From contig JBHGNT010000014.1 of NCBI GenBank assembly GCA_043228905.1, positions 9,300,001 to 9,364,000 of the forward strand: a stretch of DNA of 64,000 nt, read 5' to 3'. Position 1 is the stretch's first letter. Each line of letters opens with the position of its first letter. The notes below the pieces were generated by a model, which saw only the letters and a list, made by a program, of their open reading frames with translations, made no database searches and was not told where the DNA came from. Shown here in pieces: positions 12,869 through 24,807 of the stretch. The position numbers were made by a program, and so were the translations under genes. This DNA comes from Azolla caroliniana (Eukaryota; Plantae; Polypodiophyta).

Positions 12869-12968
12869 NNNNNNNNNNNNNNNNNNNNNNNNNNNNNNNN
12901 NNNNNNNNNNNNNNNNNNNNNNNNNNNNNNNNNNNNNNNNNNNNNNNNNNNNNNNNNNNNNNNNNNNN
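12869..12968. other. Assembly gap (100 N) flanked by duplicated sequence
   Basis: About 12494-12868 is repeated at 12970-13370 on the other side of the gap. Confidence 0.95.
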
Positions 12969-14846
12969 AATGCAAAATGCTGCTGAAGGATGTCCGACAC
13001 GTTCCGGAGGTTCGATTGAACCTGATTTCGGTCGGGAGGCTAGACGATGAAGGCTACACAGGTAGCATCCGGAACGACGTAATGAAGTTCAGCAAAGGGA
13101 GCCTGATAGTGGCTCGGGCCCGGAAAGACAACACACTGTACCTGATGAATGCCCGGTTATGTCCGGAAGAGTTGAATGTGGCAGCCGACACTGCCGGTGA
13201 GCTGTGGCACAAAAGACTGTGCCACATGAGTGAGAAGGGGATGAAGAGGCTTGCAGAAGACAACCTCATCCCAGTGAAGCATGTGCACCTGGAGAAGTGC
13301 ACCGATTGCCTGGCCGGTAAGCAGAACCGAACCTCCTTCCACTCAAGGCCACCGACGAGACGTAGCGCACCATTGGAGTTGGTGCACACTGACGTGTGTC
13401 AGGTAGAGACGAAGTCACATGGCGGAGCCCAGTACTTCGTAACATTCATCGATGATCATAGCCGAAAACTGTGGACGGCACCGATGAAGACAAAGGACCA
13501 AGTGTTGTGCGTCTTCAAAGAACTCCACGCGAGAGTGGAAAGAGAATCCGGCAAGAAGCTGAAAGCGATACGAGCGGATAACGGAGGGGAATACCGGGGG
13601 CAGTTCCAGGAGTACTGTCGCTCGAAGGGAATCCGACTCGAGTTTACTGTGCCGAAGACGCCGGAACTGAACGGGCTGGCCGAGAGGATGAACCGGACCA
13701 TAATGGAGAGGGTCCGGAGTATGTTGGCGCATGCGAAATTACCCAAGGGGTTTTGGGCGGAGGCAATGTCGACGGCGACATACGTGATAAACAGATCACC
13801 CTCAGTACCTTTGGACGGAGACACGCCGCAGAAAGTGTGGACCGGTAAGGAAGTGTCCTACCGGCATCTGAAGGTGTTCGGGTGTCTCGCATACGTGCAT
13901 GTGGCAAAGGACCGGAGAGGAAAGCTAGATCCGAAGACCCGGCCATGCATATTCCTCGGTTACGGCGACGACGAGTTCGGCTACCGAGTATGGGACCCGG
14001 TTGACAAGAAGATATTCAGGAGTCGAGACATCATCTTCATGGAGGACAAGACACTTGCCGACTGGGAGTCGGAGAAGAAGATGAAGAGCTCCAAGTCGAC
14101 CGGTGAGGATCAACTCTACGAGGAGCAGTCCCGACCGGCAAGAGACCGGTTAGCACTCGAGGAACCGGCCAAAGACGGTGAAGAAGCAAAGCACGACACC
14201 CAGAGCCGCAGGTGGTTGAGTGCCATGCAGGACGAGATGGATTCCCTGCATGAGAACCACACATATGAACTTGTGGAGTTGCCGAAAGGAAAGCGGGCAC
14301 TTCGAAACAAGTGGGTGTTCAAGCTGAAACCGGGAGATGCCGGAAACCCCCCGAGATACAAAGCCAGGATCGTGGTGAAGGGGTTTCAGCAGAAGAAGGG
14401 CGTCGACTTCGACGAGATATTTGCCCCGGTAGTGAAGATGACCTCCATCCGGACGGTGCTGAGCATAGCGGCAAGCATGGACCTCGAGGTAGAACAGATG
14501 GACGTGAAGACGGCATTCCTTCACGGCGACCTCGATGAAGAGATCTACATGCAACCGGAAGGATTCGAGAAGAAAGGGAAGGAGCACCTGGTATGCCGGT
14601 TGAAGAAGAGCCTTTACGGACTGAAGCAGGCTCCCCGGCAATGGTACCGGAAGTTCGACTCCTTCATGACCGACGAAGGGTACCTCAAAACGCAGTCCGA
14701 CCACTGCGTGTTTGTGAAGAAGTTCGAAGGAGGAGACTTTCTAATACTCCTCCTGTACGTGGACGACATGTTGATCGTCGGACGGGACCAGGTCAAGATA
14801 CGGATGCTGAAGAAGGCTCTTCACCGAACCTTCTCAATGAAGGACC
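12969..14846 (+). pseudogene. Copia G pol: integrase and N-terminal RT, interrupted by H
   Basis: LELVHTDVC, RADNGGEY, NGLAERMNRT, QMDVKTAFL, LYVDDML. It has a 207-bp in-frame deletion at TGAAGAA (14179) relative to H. Confidence 0.92.
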
Positions 14847-15416
14847 TGTTGGGATTACGGTCCCTTCGGATGGGATGGTCGGATCCGGATGGGACGGTCC
14901 CGGTTTCGGTTTCGGTACCGGATGACGAATGTACCCGGAGAGCGATCCGGATGCAGGGACATATCCGTGAATATGTTCCCTATGGGCCCATGTGGCTACA
15001 GTTGTAAATAGCCCAAAGTCATATAAGTATAAATATGACTTAGGGCAAACAGTTTTACCGTTGCTTCTTATTTTTCTGTTTTTCCACTTTAGAGGAGTGA
15101 AGAGGGAGCAGCCGTGCGAGAGAGAGAGATAGAACGCGAGAGAGGAAGAGGACGACGCCTCTGTGTATTTCCGCCGCCTGTGGCGAGGACAGCGAGCTCA
15201 AGGTCGTCGCCTTGGAGCTCGTCATTGTATACTTCTCTTTGTATAGCGTTGTTTGGAGTCTTGTACTCCCGTGGTTTTTCCCATCTAGGGTTTTCCACGT
15301 TAATCCCTGTGTAATCGTGTATTTCTCTCTTTGGTTCCTATTTTCTGCTTCATTGATCCGTAATTACTCGGTTGTGGCCGAGGGAAGAAGGTGAATCGAA
15401 TCGTTGAACCCCGACA
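14847..15416 (+). repeat. 5' LTR of Copia H
   Basis: TGTTGGG..CCGACA, direct repeat of 19534-20103. Confidence 0.96.
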
Positions 15417-15446
15417 AACTGGTATCAGAGCGAACTGCTGCAGAAA

Positions 15447-18400
15447 ATGGAAGGCGGCGGCAGCGGGCAGCCGGGGATGATGGTGCTGAATGCACAGAAT
15501 TACGCCGACTGGAAGATCAAGATGGAGGATCTTCTGATTGTTTGGGACCTGTACGAACCGATTGACAGGTCGGAAATACCGAAGGGGGTACTTGAGTCGG
15601 AGTGGAAGCTCCTGAACCGGAAAGCCGTAGCGACGATCCGACAATATGTCGATGTAAGCGTCCTACAACATGTGGCGAACGACACCAACGCATATGAAAT
15701 GTGGAAGAAGCTGTCGGGCCTCTACGAGAGGAAGAATGCGTTGAACCGGACCTCCCTGATGAGGAAGATTGTGAATCTCAAGTACCGGGACGGCGAGAGT
15801 ATGGTGGAACACGTAAGCACGTTCATGGGATTCGTGAATCAGCTTGCGGCGATCAAGTTCCCGTTGGAGGATGCAATGCAAGCCATCATCCTGATGTGTA
15901 CATTGCCGGACAGCTGGGAGAACTTGGTGGTGACTCTCAGCACCTCCTGCACCGAAGATAACTTGTCCTTGCAAACGGTAAAGACAAGTATTTTGAACGA
16001 AGAAGCGCGTCGGAGAGACAAGGAACCGGCCTCCGACCCGAAGATGCTGTTTACCGAATCGGATCGGGGAAGACAATGGAACCGGAGTCCGCAAAGACGG
16101 GAGAAGTCGGGGACCCGGTCGCAGTCAAGAGGAAGGCCCACATGCTTCCACTGTGGGAAGCCGGGGCACTTCCGAAAGAATTGTCGGCATTACCGAAAAG
16201 ACAACGGAGCCGACGACACCGATTCGAAGAAGTCACCGGAGAGAAACGGTGCATACCGGGGAGCCACGGACCGGAGAGGTTCGGATCGGCGAGGGCAGGA
16301 CCGGAAAGGAACGACGGCACTCGCGGCAAGTGAGGAAGAAATCATGCTCATCACCGAAGAAGATGAGCTAAACATTGCCGGCGATGAGACGACCTGGGTG
16401 GTCGATTCCGGAGCATCGTTCCACCTGACCCCGGAGAGAAGATACTTCTCATCCTACACAGCCGGTGAGCATGGCTGTGTTCGGATGGGAAACGAAGGTA
16501 CGTGCCGGATTGCCGGCATAGGAGATGTGTGGTTGACAACCCCGACCGGATGTAAAATGCTGCTGAAGAATGTCCGACACGTTCCGGAGGTCCGACTGAA
16601 CCTGATTTCGGCCGGGAGGCTAGATGACGAAGGCTACACGGGTAGCATCCAGAACGGCGTAATGAAGTTCAGCAAGGGGAGCCTGATAGTGGCTCGGGCC
16701 CGGAAAGACAACACACTGTACCTGATGAATGCCCGGTTATGTCCGGAAGAGCTGAATGTGGCAGCCGACACTGCCGGTGAGCTGTGGCACAAGAGACTGT
16801 GCCATATGAGTGAGAAGGGGATGAAGAGGCTTGCAGAAGACAACCTTATTCCAGTGAAGCATGTGCACCTGGAGAGGTGCACCGACTGTCTGGCCGGTAA
16901 GCAGAACCGAACCTCCTTCCACTCAAGGCCACCGACGAGACGTAGCGCACCATTGGAGTTGGTGCACACTGACGTGTGTCAGGTAGAGACGAAGTCACAT
17001 GGCGGAGCCCAGTACTTCGTAACATTCATCGATGATCATAGCCGAAAACTGTGGACGGCACCGATGAAGACAAAGGACCAAGTGTTGTGCGTCTTCAAAG
17101 ATCTCCACGCGAGAGTGGAAAGGGAATCCGGCAAGAAGCTGAAAGCGATACGAGCGGATAACGGAGGGGAATACCGGGGGCAGTTCCAGGAGTACTGTCG
17201 CTCGAAGGGAATCCGGCTCGAGTTTACTGTGCCGAAGACGCCGGAACTGAACGGGCTGGCCGAGAGGATGAACCGGACCATAATGGAGAGGGTCCGGAGT
17301 ATGCTGGCGCATGCGAAATTACCTAAGGGATTTTGGGCTGAGGCAATGTCGACGGCGACATATGTGATAAACAGATCACCCTCAGTACCTTTGGACGGAG
17401 ACACGCCGCAGAGAGTGTGGACCGGTAGGGAAGTATCCTACCGGCATCTGAAGGTGTTCGGGTGTCTCGCATACGTGCATGTGGCAAAGGACCGGAGAGG
17501 AAAGCTAGATCCAAAGACCCGGCCATGCATATTCCTCGGTTACGGCGACGACGAGTTCGGCTACCGAGTATGGGACCCGGTTGACAAGAAGATATTCCGG
17601 AGTCGTGATATCATCTTCATGGAGAACAAGACACTCGCCGACTGGGAGTCGGAGAAGAAGGTGAAGAGCTCCAAGTCGACCGGTGAGGATCAACTCTACG
17701 AGGAGCAGTCCCGACCGGCAAGGGACCGGTTAGCACTCGAGGATCCGGCCGAAGACGGTGAAGAAAGAGAACCGGCCGAGGAAGATGAAAATGATACCGG
17801 AACCGTTCCCGATCCCGAAATGGATTCGGATGAAGAAGAAGAATCGGAAGAACCGGTTACCGAAGCTCCGGAACGGAGATATCCTCTAAGAGAGAGAAGG
17901 GCCCCCCGGAGATTTCCGGAACCAGAGCACGTGCTGCTAACCGACGAGGGGGAGCGGGAGAGCTTTGAAGAAGCAAAGCATGACACCCAGAGCCGCAGGT
18001 GGTTGAGTGCCATGCAGGACGAGATGGATTCCCTGCATGAGAACCACACATATGAACTTGTGGAGTTGCCGAAAGGAAAACGGGCACTCCGTAACAAGTG
18101 GGTGTTCAAGCTGAAACCGGGAGATGCCGGAAACCCCCCGAGATACAAAGCCAGGATCGTGGTGAAGGGGTTTCAGCAGAAGAAGGGCGTCGACTTCGAC
18201 GAGATATTTGCCCCGGTAGTGAAGATGACCTCCATCCGGACGGTGCTGAGCATAGCGGCAAGCATGGACCTCGAGGTAGAACAGATGGACGTGAAGACGG
18301 CATTCCTTCACGGTGACCTCGAAGAAGAGATCTACATGCAGCAACCGGAAGGATTCGAGAAGAAAGGGAAGGAGCACCTGGTATGCCGGTTGAAGAAGAG

Positions 18401-19523
18401 CCTTTACGGACTGAAGCAGGCTCCCCGGCAATGGTACCGGAAGTTCGACTCCTTCATGACCGACGAAGGGTACCTCAAAACGCAGTCCGACCACTGCGTG
18501 TTTGTGAAGAAGTTCGAAGGAGGAGACTCTCTAATACTCCTCCTGTACGTGGACGACATGTTGATCGTCGGACGGGACCAGGTCAAGATACGGATGCTGA
18601 AGAAGGCTCTTCACCGAACCTTCTCAATGAAGGACCTGGGTCCGGCGAGGCAAATACTAGGGATGCACATCATCCGGGACCGGAAGAAGAAGCAGTTGTG
18701 GCTGTCACAGGAGAAGTACGTGACAAAGGTGCTTCAACGGTTCAACATGTCGGAAGCGAGACCGGTCGGATCGTCCCTCCCGACAAACTGCAAGCTGTCC
18801 AGCAAGCAAAGTCCCAAGACAAAGGCTGAAAAGGAGGATATGAAGAAAGTGCCGTATGCCTCAGCCGTCGGGAGCTTGATGTACGCCATGGTGTGTACGA
18901 GACCGGACATCGGATATGCAGTCGGAGTGGTGAGCCGGTACATGAGCAATCCCGGTAAAGAGCATTGGAACGCGGCCAAGTGGATACTCCGATACCTGAA
19001 GGGCACAGCAAACGTGTGCCTCCGATTCGGCTCCGGAAAGCCCGAACTCGACGGCTTTACCGATTCGGATATGTCGGCTGATGCAGATACCAGCCGGTCC
19101 ACATCAGGGTATGTGATGACGTATGCAGGGGGAGCTGTTTCATGGTAGTCGAGGCTGCAGAAGACGGTTGCGTTGTCAACCACGGAGGCGGAGTACATGG
19201 CGGCTGTTGAAGCCGGCAAGGAAATAATATGGATGAAGGACTTCATTGGAGAGCTCGGTATCCGGCAGAAGGAGTACCGACTCTACTGCGACAGTCAGAG
19301 TGCAATCCACCTTGCAAAGAACGCGGCCTATCACTCCCGGACGAAGCACATCCAGCGAAGATATCACTGGATCCGGGAAAGGATAGAAGACAAGGAGTTC
19401 GTGCTGACGAAGATCCACACGGACGAGAACGGGTCGGATATGCTGACCAAGGTGCTCACACCCGACAAGCTGGAAGCATGCCGGAAGAGGATCGGATTGG
19501 AGAGACATCCCATGCCGAAGTGA
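15447..19523 (+). CDS. Copia H gag-pol polyprotein (gag-CCHC-PR-INT-RT-RNase H), one in-frame TAG at 19146
   Basis: 1233-aa ORF to 19148, same frame continuing to 19523. Motifs CFHCGKPGHFRKNC, WVVDSGAS, the DDE core, YVDD and YCDSQSAI. G has CAG where H has TAG. Confidence 0.95.
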
Positions 19524-19533
19524 AGGGGGAGTT

Positions 19534-20103
19534 TGTTGGGATTACGGTCCCTTCGGATGGGATGGTCGGATCCGGATGGGACGGTCCCGGTTTCGGTTTC
19601 GGTACCGGATGACGAATGTACCCGGAGAGCGATCCGGATGCAGGGACATATCCGTGAATATGTTCCCTATGGGCCCATGTGGCTACAGTTGTAAATAGCC
19701 CAAAGTCATATAAGTATAAATATGACTTAGGGCAAACAGTTTTACCGTTGCTTCTTATTTTTCTGTTTTTCCACTTTAGAGGAGTGAAGAGGGAGCAGCC
19801 GTGCGAGAGAGAGAGATAGAACGCGAGAGAGGAAGAGGACGACGCCTCTGTGTATTTCCGCCGCCTGTGGCGAGTACAGCGAGCTCAAGGTCGTCGCCTT
19901 GGAGCTCGTCATTGTATACTTCTCTTTGTATAGCGTTGTTTGGAGTCTTGTACTCCCGTGGTTTTTCCCATCTAGGGTTTTCCACGTTAATCCCTGTGTA
20001 ATCGTGTATTTCTCTCTTTGGTTCCTATTTTCTGCTTCATTGATCCGTAATTACTCGGTTGTGGCCGAGGGAAGAAGGTGAATCGAATCGTTGAACCCCG
20101 ACA
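19534..20103 (+). repeat. 3' LTR of Copia H
   Basis: Follows PPT GAAGGGGGAG and precedes TSD GGACC. Confidence 0.96.
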
Positions 20104-20995
20104 GGACCTGGGTCTGGCGAGACAAATACTAGGGATGCACATTATCCGGGACCGGAAGAAGAAGCAGTTGTGGCTGTCACAGGAGAAGTACGTGACGAAG
20201 GTGCTTCACCGGTTCAACATGTCGGAAGCAAGACCGGTCGGATCGACCCTCCCGGCAAACTGCAAGCTGTCCAACAAGCAAAGTCCCAAGACAAAGGCTG
20301 AAAAGGAGGATATGATGAAAGTGCCATATGCCTCAGCCGTCGGGAGCTTGATGTACGCCATGGTGTGTACGAGACCGGACATTGGATATGCAGTCGGAGT
20401 GGTGAGTCGGTACATGAGCAATCCCGGCAAAGAGCATTGGAACGCGGCCAAGTGGATACTCCGATACCTGAAGGGCACGGCAAACGTGTGCCTCCGATTC
20501 GGCTCCGGTAAGCCCGAACTCGACGGCTTCACCGATTCGGATATGTCGGCTGATGCAGATACCAGCCGGTCCACATCAGGGTATGTGATGACGTATGCAG
20601 GGGGAGCCGTTTCGTGGCAGTCGAGGCTGCAGAAGACGGTTGCGTTGTCAACCACGGAGGCGGACTACATGGCGGCTGTTGAAGCCGGCAAGGAAATAAT
20701 ATGGATGAAGGACTTCATTAGAGAGCTCGGTATCCGGCAGGAGGAGTACCGACTCTACTGCGACAGTCAGAGTGCAATCCACCTTGCGAAGAACGTGGCC
20801 TATCACTCCCGGACAAAGCACATCCAGCGAAGATATCACTGGATCCGGGAAAGGATAGAAGACAAGGAGTTCGTGCTGACAAAGATCCACACGGACGAGA
20901 ACGGGTCGGATATGCTGACCAAGGTGCTCACATCCGACAAGCTGGAAGCATGCCGGAAGAGGATCGGATTGGTAAGACATCCCATGCCGAAGTGA
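20104..20995 (+). pseudogene. Copia G pol C-terminal part (RT end and RNase H)
   Basis: DLGLARQILGM..FTDSD..YCDSQSAI..HPMPK*, continuing from 14846. Confidence 0.93.
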
Positions 20996-21005
20996 AGGGG
21001 GAGTT

Positions 21006-21615
21006 TGTTGGATTACGGTCCCTTCGGATGGGATGGTCGGATGTCGGAGATGAATGCCGACGAGCCCGGTTTCGGTTTCGGAACCGGATGATGAAGACCC
21101 CGACTTCGGAGTCGGATGACGAATGTACCCGGAGAGAGATCCGGATGCAGGGACATATCCGTGAATATGTCTGCTAAGGGCCCCTGAGGCCATAGTTGTA
21201 AATAGCCCTAAAGTCATATATGTATAAATATGACTTAGGGCAAACAGTTTTGGCGTTGCTAATCATTTTTCTGTTTTTCCACTCTAGAGGAGTGAAGAGA
21301 GAGCAGCCGTGAGAGAGAGAGAGAGATAGAGCGCGAGAGAGGAAGAGGACGACGCCTCTGTGTATTTCCGCCTCCTGTGGCGAGGACAGCGAGCTCAAGG
21401 TCGTTGCCTTGCAGCTCGCCATTGTATACTTCTCTGTATAGTGTTGGTTTGGAGTCTTGTACTCCCGTGGTTTTTCCCATCTAGGGTTTTCCACGTTAAT
21501 CCCTGTGTGTTCGCGTTTTGTTTCTCCGTGTGGTTCCTATTTTCTGCTCCATTGATTCGCGCTTACTCGGTTGTGGCCGAGTGAAGAAGGTGAATCGAAG
21601 CGTTGATTCCCAACA
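21006..21615 (+). repeat. 3' LTR of Copia G
   Basis: Direct repeat of 11313-11922, followed by TSD AAAGA. Confidence 0.95.
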
Positions 21616-22965
21616 AAAGATTGGATGAAGCCGCAAATTCGCGGGAAGATCAAGAAAAAATGTTGCATCATTAATCCACTTCGTGATGACAAAAGCCTTT
21701 ATAATCTAGCTTATCACACGGTCGAGTAGTCTTTATGTGATGGTGTAACAACCATACCTGATGACCAACCTTGAATGAAGATGGAAGACGATGTCGATCT
21801 GCGTGGGCCTTATGTTGGGCTTGAGCTTTCTGAAGATGTGAAGACAACTCAGTGGAGGTGTTGGAGTCGGTGGAGGTGTTGCTTTGCACTAGGGTTTGGT
21901 GAGATCTCTGGAATGTCCAAGAGACACCATCGAGGATGGTTGCCACTATAGGCATAGAAATGTGTGAACTTGGTAGAAGAGTGTATGGTGTTATTGTATG
22001 CAAACTCTGAAAGATTTAATATATGACTCCAATCATCTTGTTGATAACTGATGAAACATCAAAGATATTGCTCAAGTGTTTGATTTGTGCGCTCTATTTG
22101 GCCATCAGTTTCAGGATGATATGCTGAAGAGAGTTTGCAAGAGATTCGGAGCCCGTCACATAGGTGCTTCCAAAAGTGAGAGATAAATTGCGGACCATGA
22201 TCACTAATTATGTCATTTGGAAGACCATGATGACGAAATACTTTACGCATAATGATATTTGATGTTTCTTGACTACTGATGCTTTTTACATAGGGCAAGA
22301 AATGTGCCAGCTTGGTAAATCGATCCACTACGGTTAAAATAGCATCAAAACCCTGTGAAGGTGGCAGATCTGTAATGAAATCCATAGAAATTGACTGCCA
22401 TGGCTTGCTCGGAGTCGACAATGGTTGTAACAACCCATAAGGATGATGCTTAGGCATTTTAGCTCGACAACATGTGTCACATATGTGAATGTAATCTTCA
22501 ACAAATTGTTGTAAATGAGGCCACCAAAATGATCGCCTCACTAACTCCATGGTCTTAGCAATACCAAAGTGTCCGGTCATACGTGCATCATGACAGTGCT
22601 CCAACACTGGAAGTCGTGGTGATCCATCAGGGAGATAAAGGAGATTCTTGTAGAAAAGTAAGTTAGCTTACCACTTGAACTCCTTATAGCGTCAAGATGT
22701 GCCTGGCAATGTGGAGAAAAATGCATGATTTGGACCAGGGTGGGCGAAGACATCCTTAGCAAAATCATCAGAGTGAAGTTGTTGTCGAATAGCATCAAGA
22801 AGACTTGAATCCAGCGGCGTGGCACAAACTGTGGTTGCTTGTAGTTTTGCTAAACCAAGGAGAACTTGCCTTTGATTGTCGAAAGCTGGATCTCCAAGGT
22901 GAAGTACCAAATGAAAAGAAGGCCGGGTGGAATATTGCACGGCCACAACTGAGTCTTGAATCACT
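21616..22965 (-). pseudogene. Gypsy C1 pol: RNase H linker and integrase (HHCC, DDE core, GPY/F region)
   Basis: HCHDARMTGHFG..CDTCCR, WQSISMDFITDLP, ISDHGPQF, ETDGQIERTNQTLEQYL. Confidence 0.9.
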
Positions 22966-22974
22966 TCAAGAAGG

Positions 22975-24079
22975 GAATGAAACACAGAAATGGAAATGGA
23001 GAGTACACAAGGAAATACACAGGATGTTTACGTGGAAAACCCTAATAGGGAAAAACCACAGGAGCTCACAGACTCCAAACTATCACAATATGAGAAAGGT
23101 ACAATCAGAGCCTGGGAGGCAACGACCTCGAGCTATGTATCTTCGCCAACCGGCGGTTACAACAGAGTACCACTCTGTATCTCATAGTCTCTCTCTCTGT
23201 CGCTTACTGTACAACAATTACAACAATATGACAACAACAACTCTCACACATAGTATAGAGATTGCCCTAAGTCATATTTATACTTATATGAACTTAGGGA
23301 TATTTACAAATATAGCCTCAATAGGTGTACTCAAAACATATCTACAAGTATGTCTTCTCTTCCGGTTCTCACCGGGTCTCCTCCGGTTTTCGGATCTCTT
23401 CCGTTCTCACTGGGTCCTCTTCATTCATCACCGGATCCCATCCGGAGGGATCGATTTCCCCACAATCTCCTACTTCACTCCGGCATGGGATGTCTCGCTA
23501 GCCCGATCCGCTTTCGGCACGCGTCCAACTTGTCGGTTGTCAACACCTTGGTCAGCATATCTGACCTGTTCTCCTTCGTGTGGATCTTTGTCAACACGAA
23601 GTCTCGATCTTCTACTCTCTCTTGGATCCAATGGTACCTTCGTTGGATATGTTTCGTCAAGGAATGGTAGGCCGCATTCTTTGCAAGGTGGATGACACTT
23701 TGATTGTTGCAGTAGAGCCGGTATTCCTGTTGTATTCCTAGCTCCCCAATGAAGTCCTTCATCCAGATTATCTCCTTGCCGACTTCTACAGCTGCCATGT
23801 ACTCCGCTTTCGTGGTTGACAACACAACCGTTTTCTGCAGCGTCGACTGCCATGAAACAGCTCCCCCTACGTAACTCATGACATATCTAAATCCATGAAT
23901 CCGTCAAGTTAGGGATTACTGAAGCCGAACTGCAGGCACATATCGAGGGATTGCTCATGAACCGGCTTACCACTCCCACTGCATATCCGATATCCGGCTA
24001 GGTGCATACCATCCCGTACATCAAGCTTCCGACGGTAGAGGCATATGGTGTCTTCATCATATCTACCTTCTCCATCTTT
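22975..24079 (-). mobile_element. Copia J 3' part: RNase H, PPT and truncated 3' LTR (about 22975-23464)
   Basis: ORF 23475..23879 is homologous to the G/H RNase H. The LTR shares GTTTTCCACGT and TATAAATATGACTTAGGGCAA with the G/H LTRs. Confidence 0.88.
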
Positions 24080-24565
24080 TGTTATCCGTTCCTTTGGAAA
24101 CACCTTCGATATGCCTGTAGGCTATCGGTATCAAGGGAAGTGTAATGTGAAGACTTGTACACGGAGGTGTCATTAGGGGAAGAGAACGGAGAGCATCCCC
24201 GGAATATAACCCGAGGGTGTATACGTAGTTGAGATCATAGGAATGAAGGAACACAGATGAAAACAATAAGAACTAATAGATATGTATTACTACAAACAGT
24301 TATCGATGATTACAAAACACGGCTCACGGCCGGTGACCTTATAGAGCTCTTGTAACTATGAAAACGACCTCGCCTGTACTCTAGATATCTCTCCCTCTCT
24401 TGCCGATGTACGCAGGCCTCGGTTTATATACTTTTTCTTCATACAGAGCCGTGCCGTCGGCTGACTGTGAGGCTCGAAACTCGACATTTTCCTAAACTCT
24501 ACCTTCCTCACCTACTAGCCTTACCTACCGGCATATTACATTTAACTAATTTATCTTTTTGTCCC
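24080..24565 (-). repeat. 3' LTR of element I
   Basis: Direct repeat of 34134-34619. Confidence 0.93.
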
Positions 24566-24807
24566 GGGGTCGGGGGTGTGGGCAGGTTGCTCCGGTTGTG
24601 GTGTTGGTGATGGAGGTTGAACTATTGAGGTCGGGGGTTTTGTGTCTCGGAGCGATTTGTCCTCTATTGCTACCGGGTCAGGCACGGTTGGGGGCGTGTT
24701 GGTAGGCTCGGGCGGTCTCTCTGAAGGGTTGGTTCATCCTGTTTGGCATCCATGGTGTCCTCATATGAGGGTTCGTCGTTCTGCTCCGTAGGCGTGGGGG
24801 GGCTGGT

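Larger units (their letters stand above)
14847..20103 (+). mobile_element. Ty1/copia LTR retrotransposon H, complete and very young, nested in the RT of its relative G
   Basis: 570-bp LTRs at 14847-15416 and 19534-20103 (one substitution noticed). TSD GGACC at 14842-14846 and 20104-20108. PBS at 15420-15431, PPT at 19522-19531. Confidence 0.97.
11313..21615 (+). mobile_element. Ty1/copia LTR retrotransposon G (Tnt1/Tork-like), rearranged, containing nested element H
   Basis: 610-bp LTRs at 11313-11922 and 21006-21615. TSD AAAGA at 11308-11312 and 21616-21620. PBS at 11926-11937, PPT at about 20994-21003. Confidence 0.95.

Noticed and set aside
12494-13370. Real tandem duplication inside G
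   Set aside because: The copies flank a 100-N gap, so overlap of unmerged contig ends is likely, although the left copy has a private 26-bp deletion.
19146-19148. Programmed stop-codon readthrough in H
   Set aside because: G and J have CAG here and the site is inside RNase H, so it is a simple C>T mutation.
22805-23695. 296-aa plus-strand ORF
   Set aside because: Chance read-through antisense across gypsy pol, a Copia LTR and RNase H.
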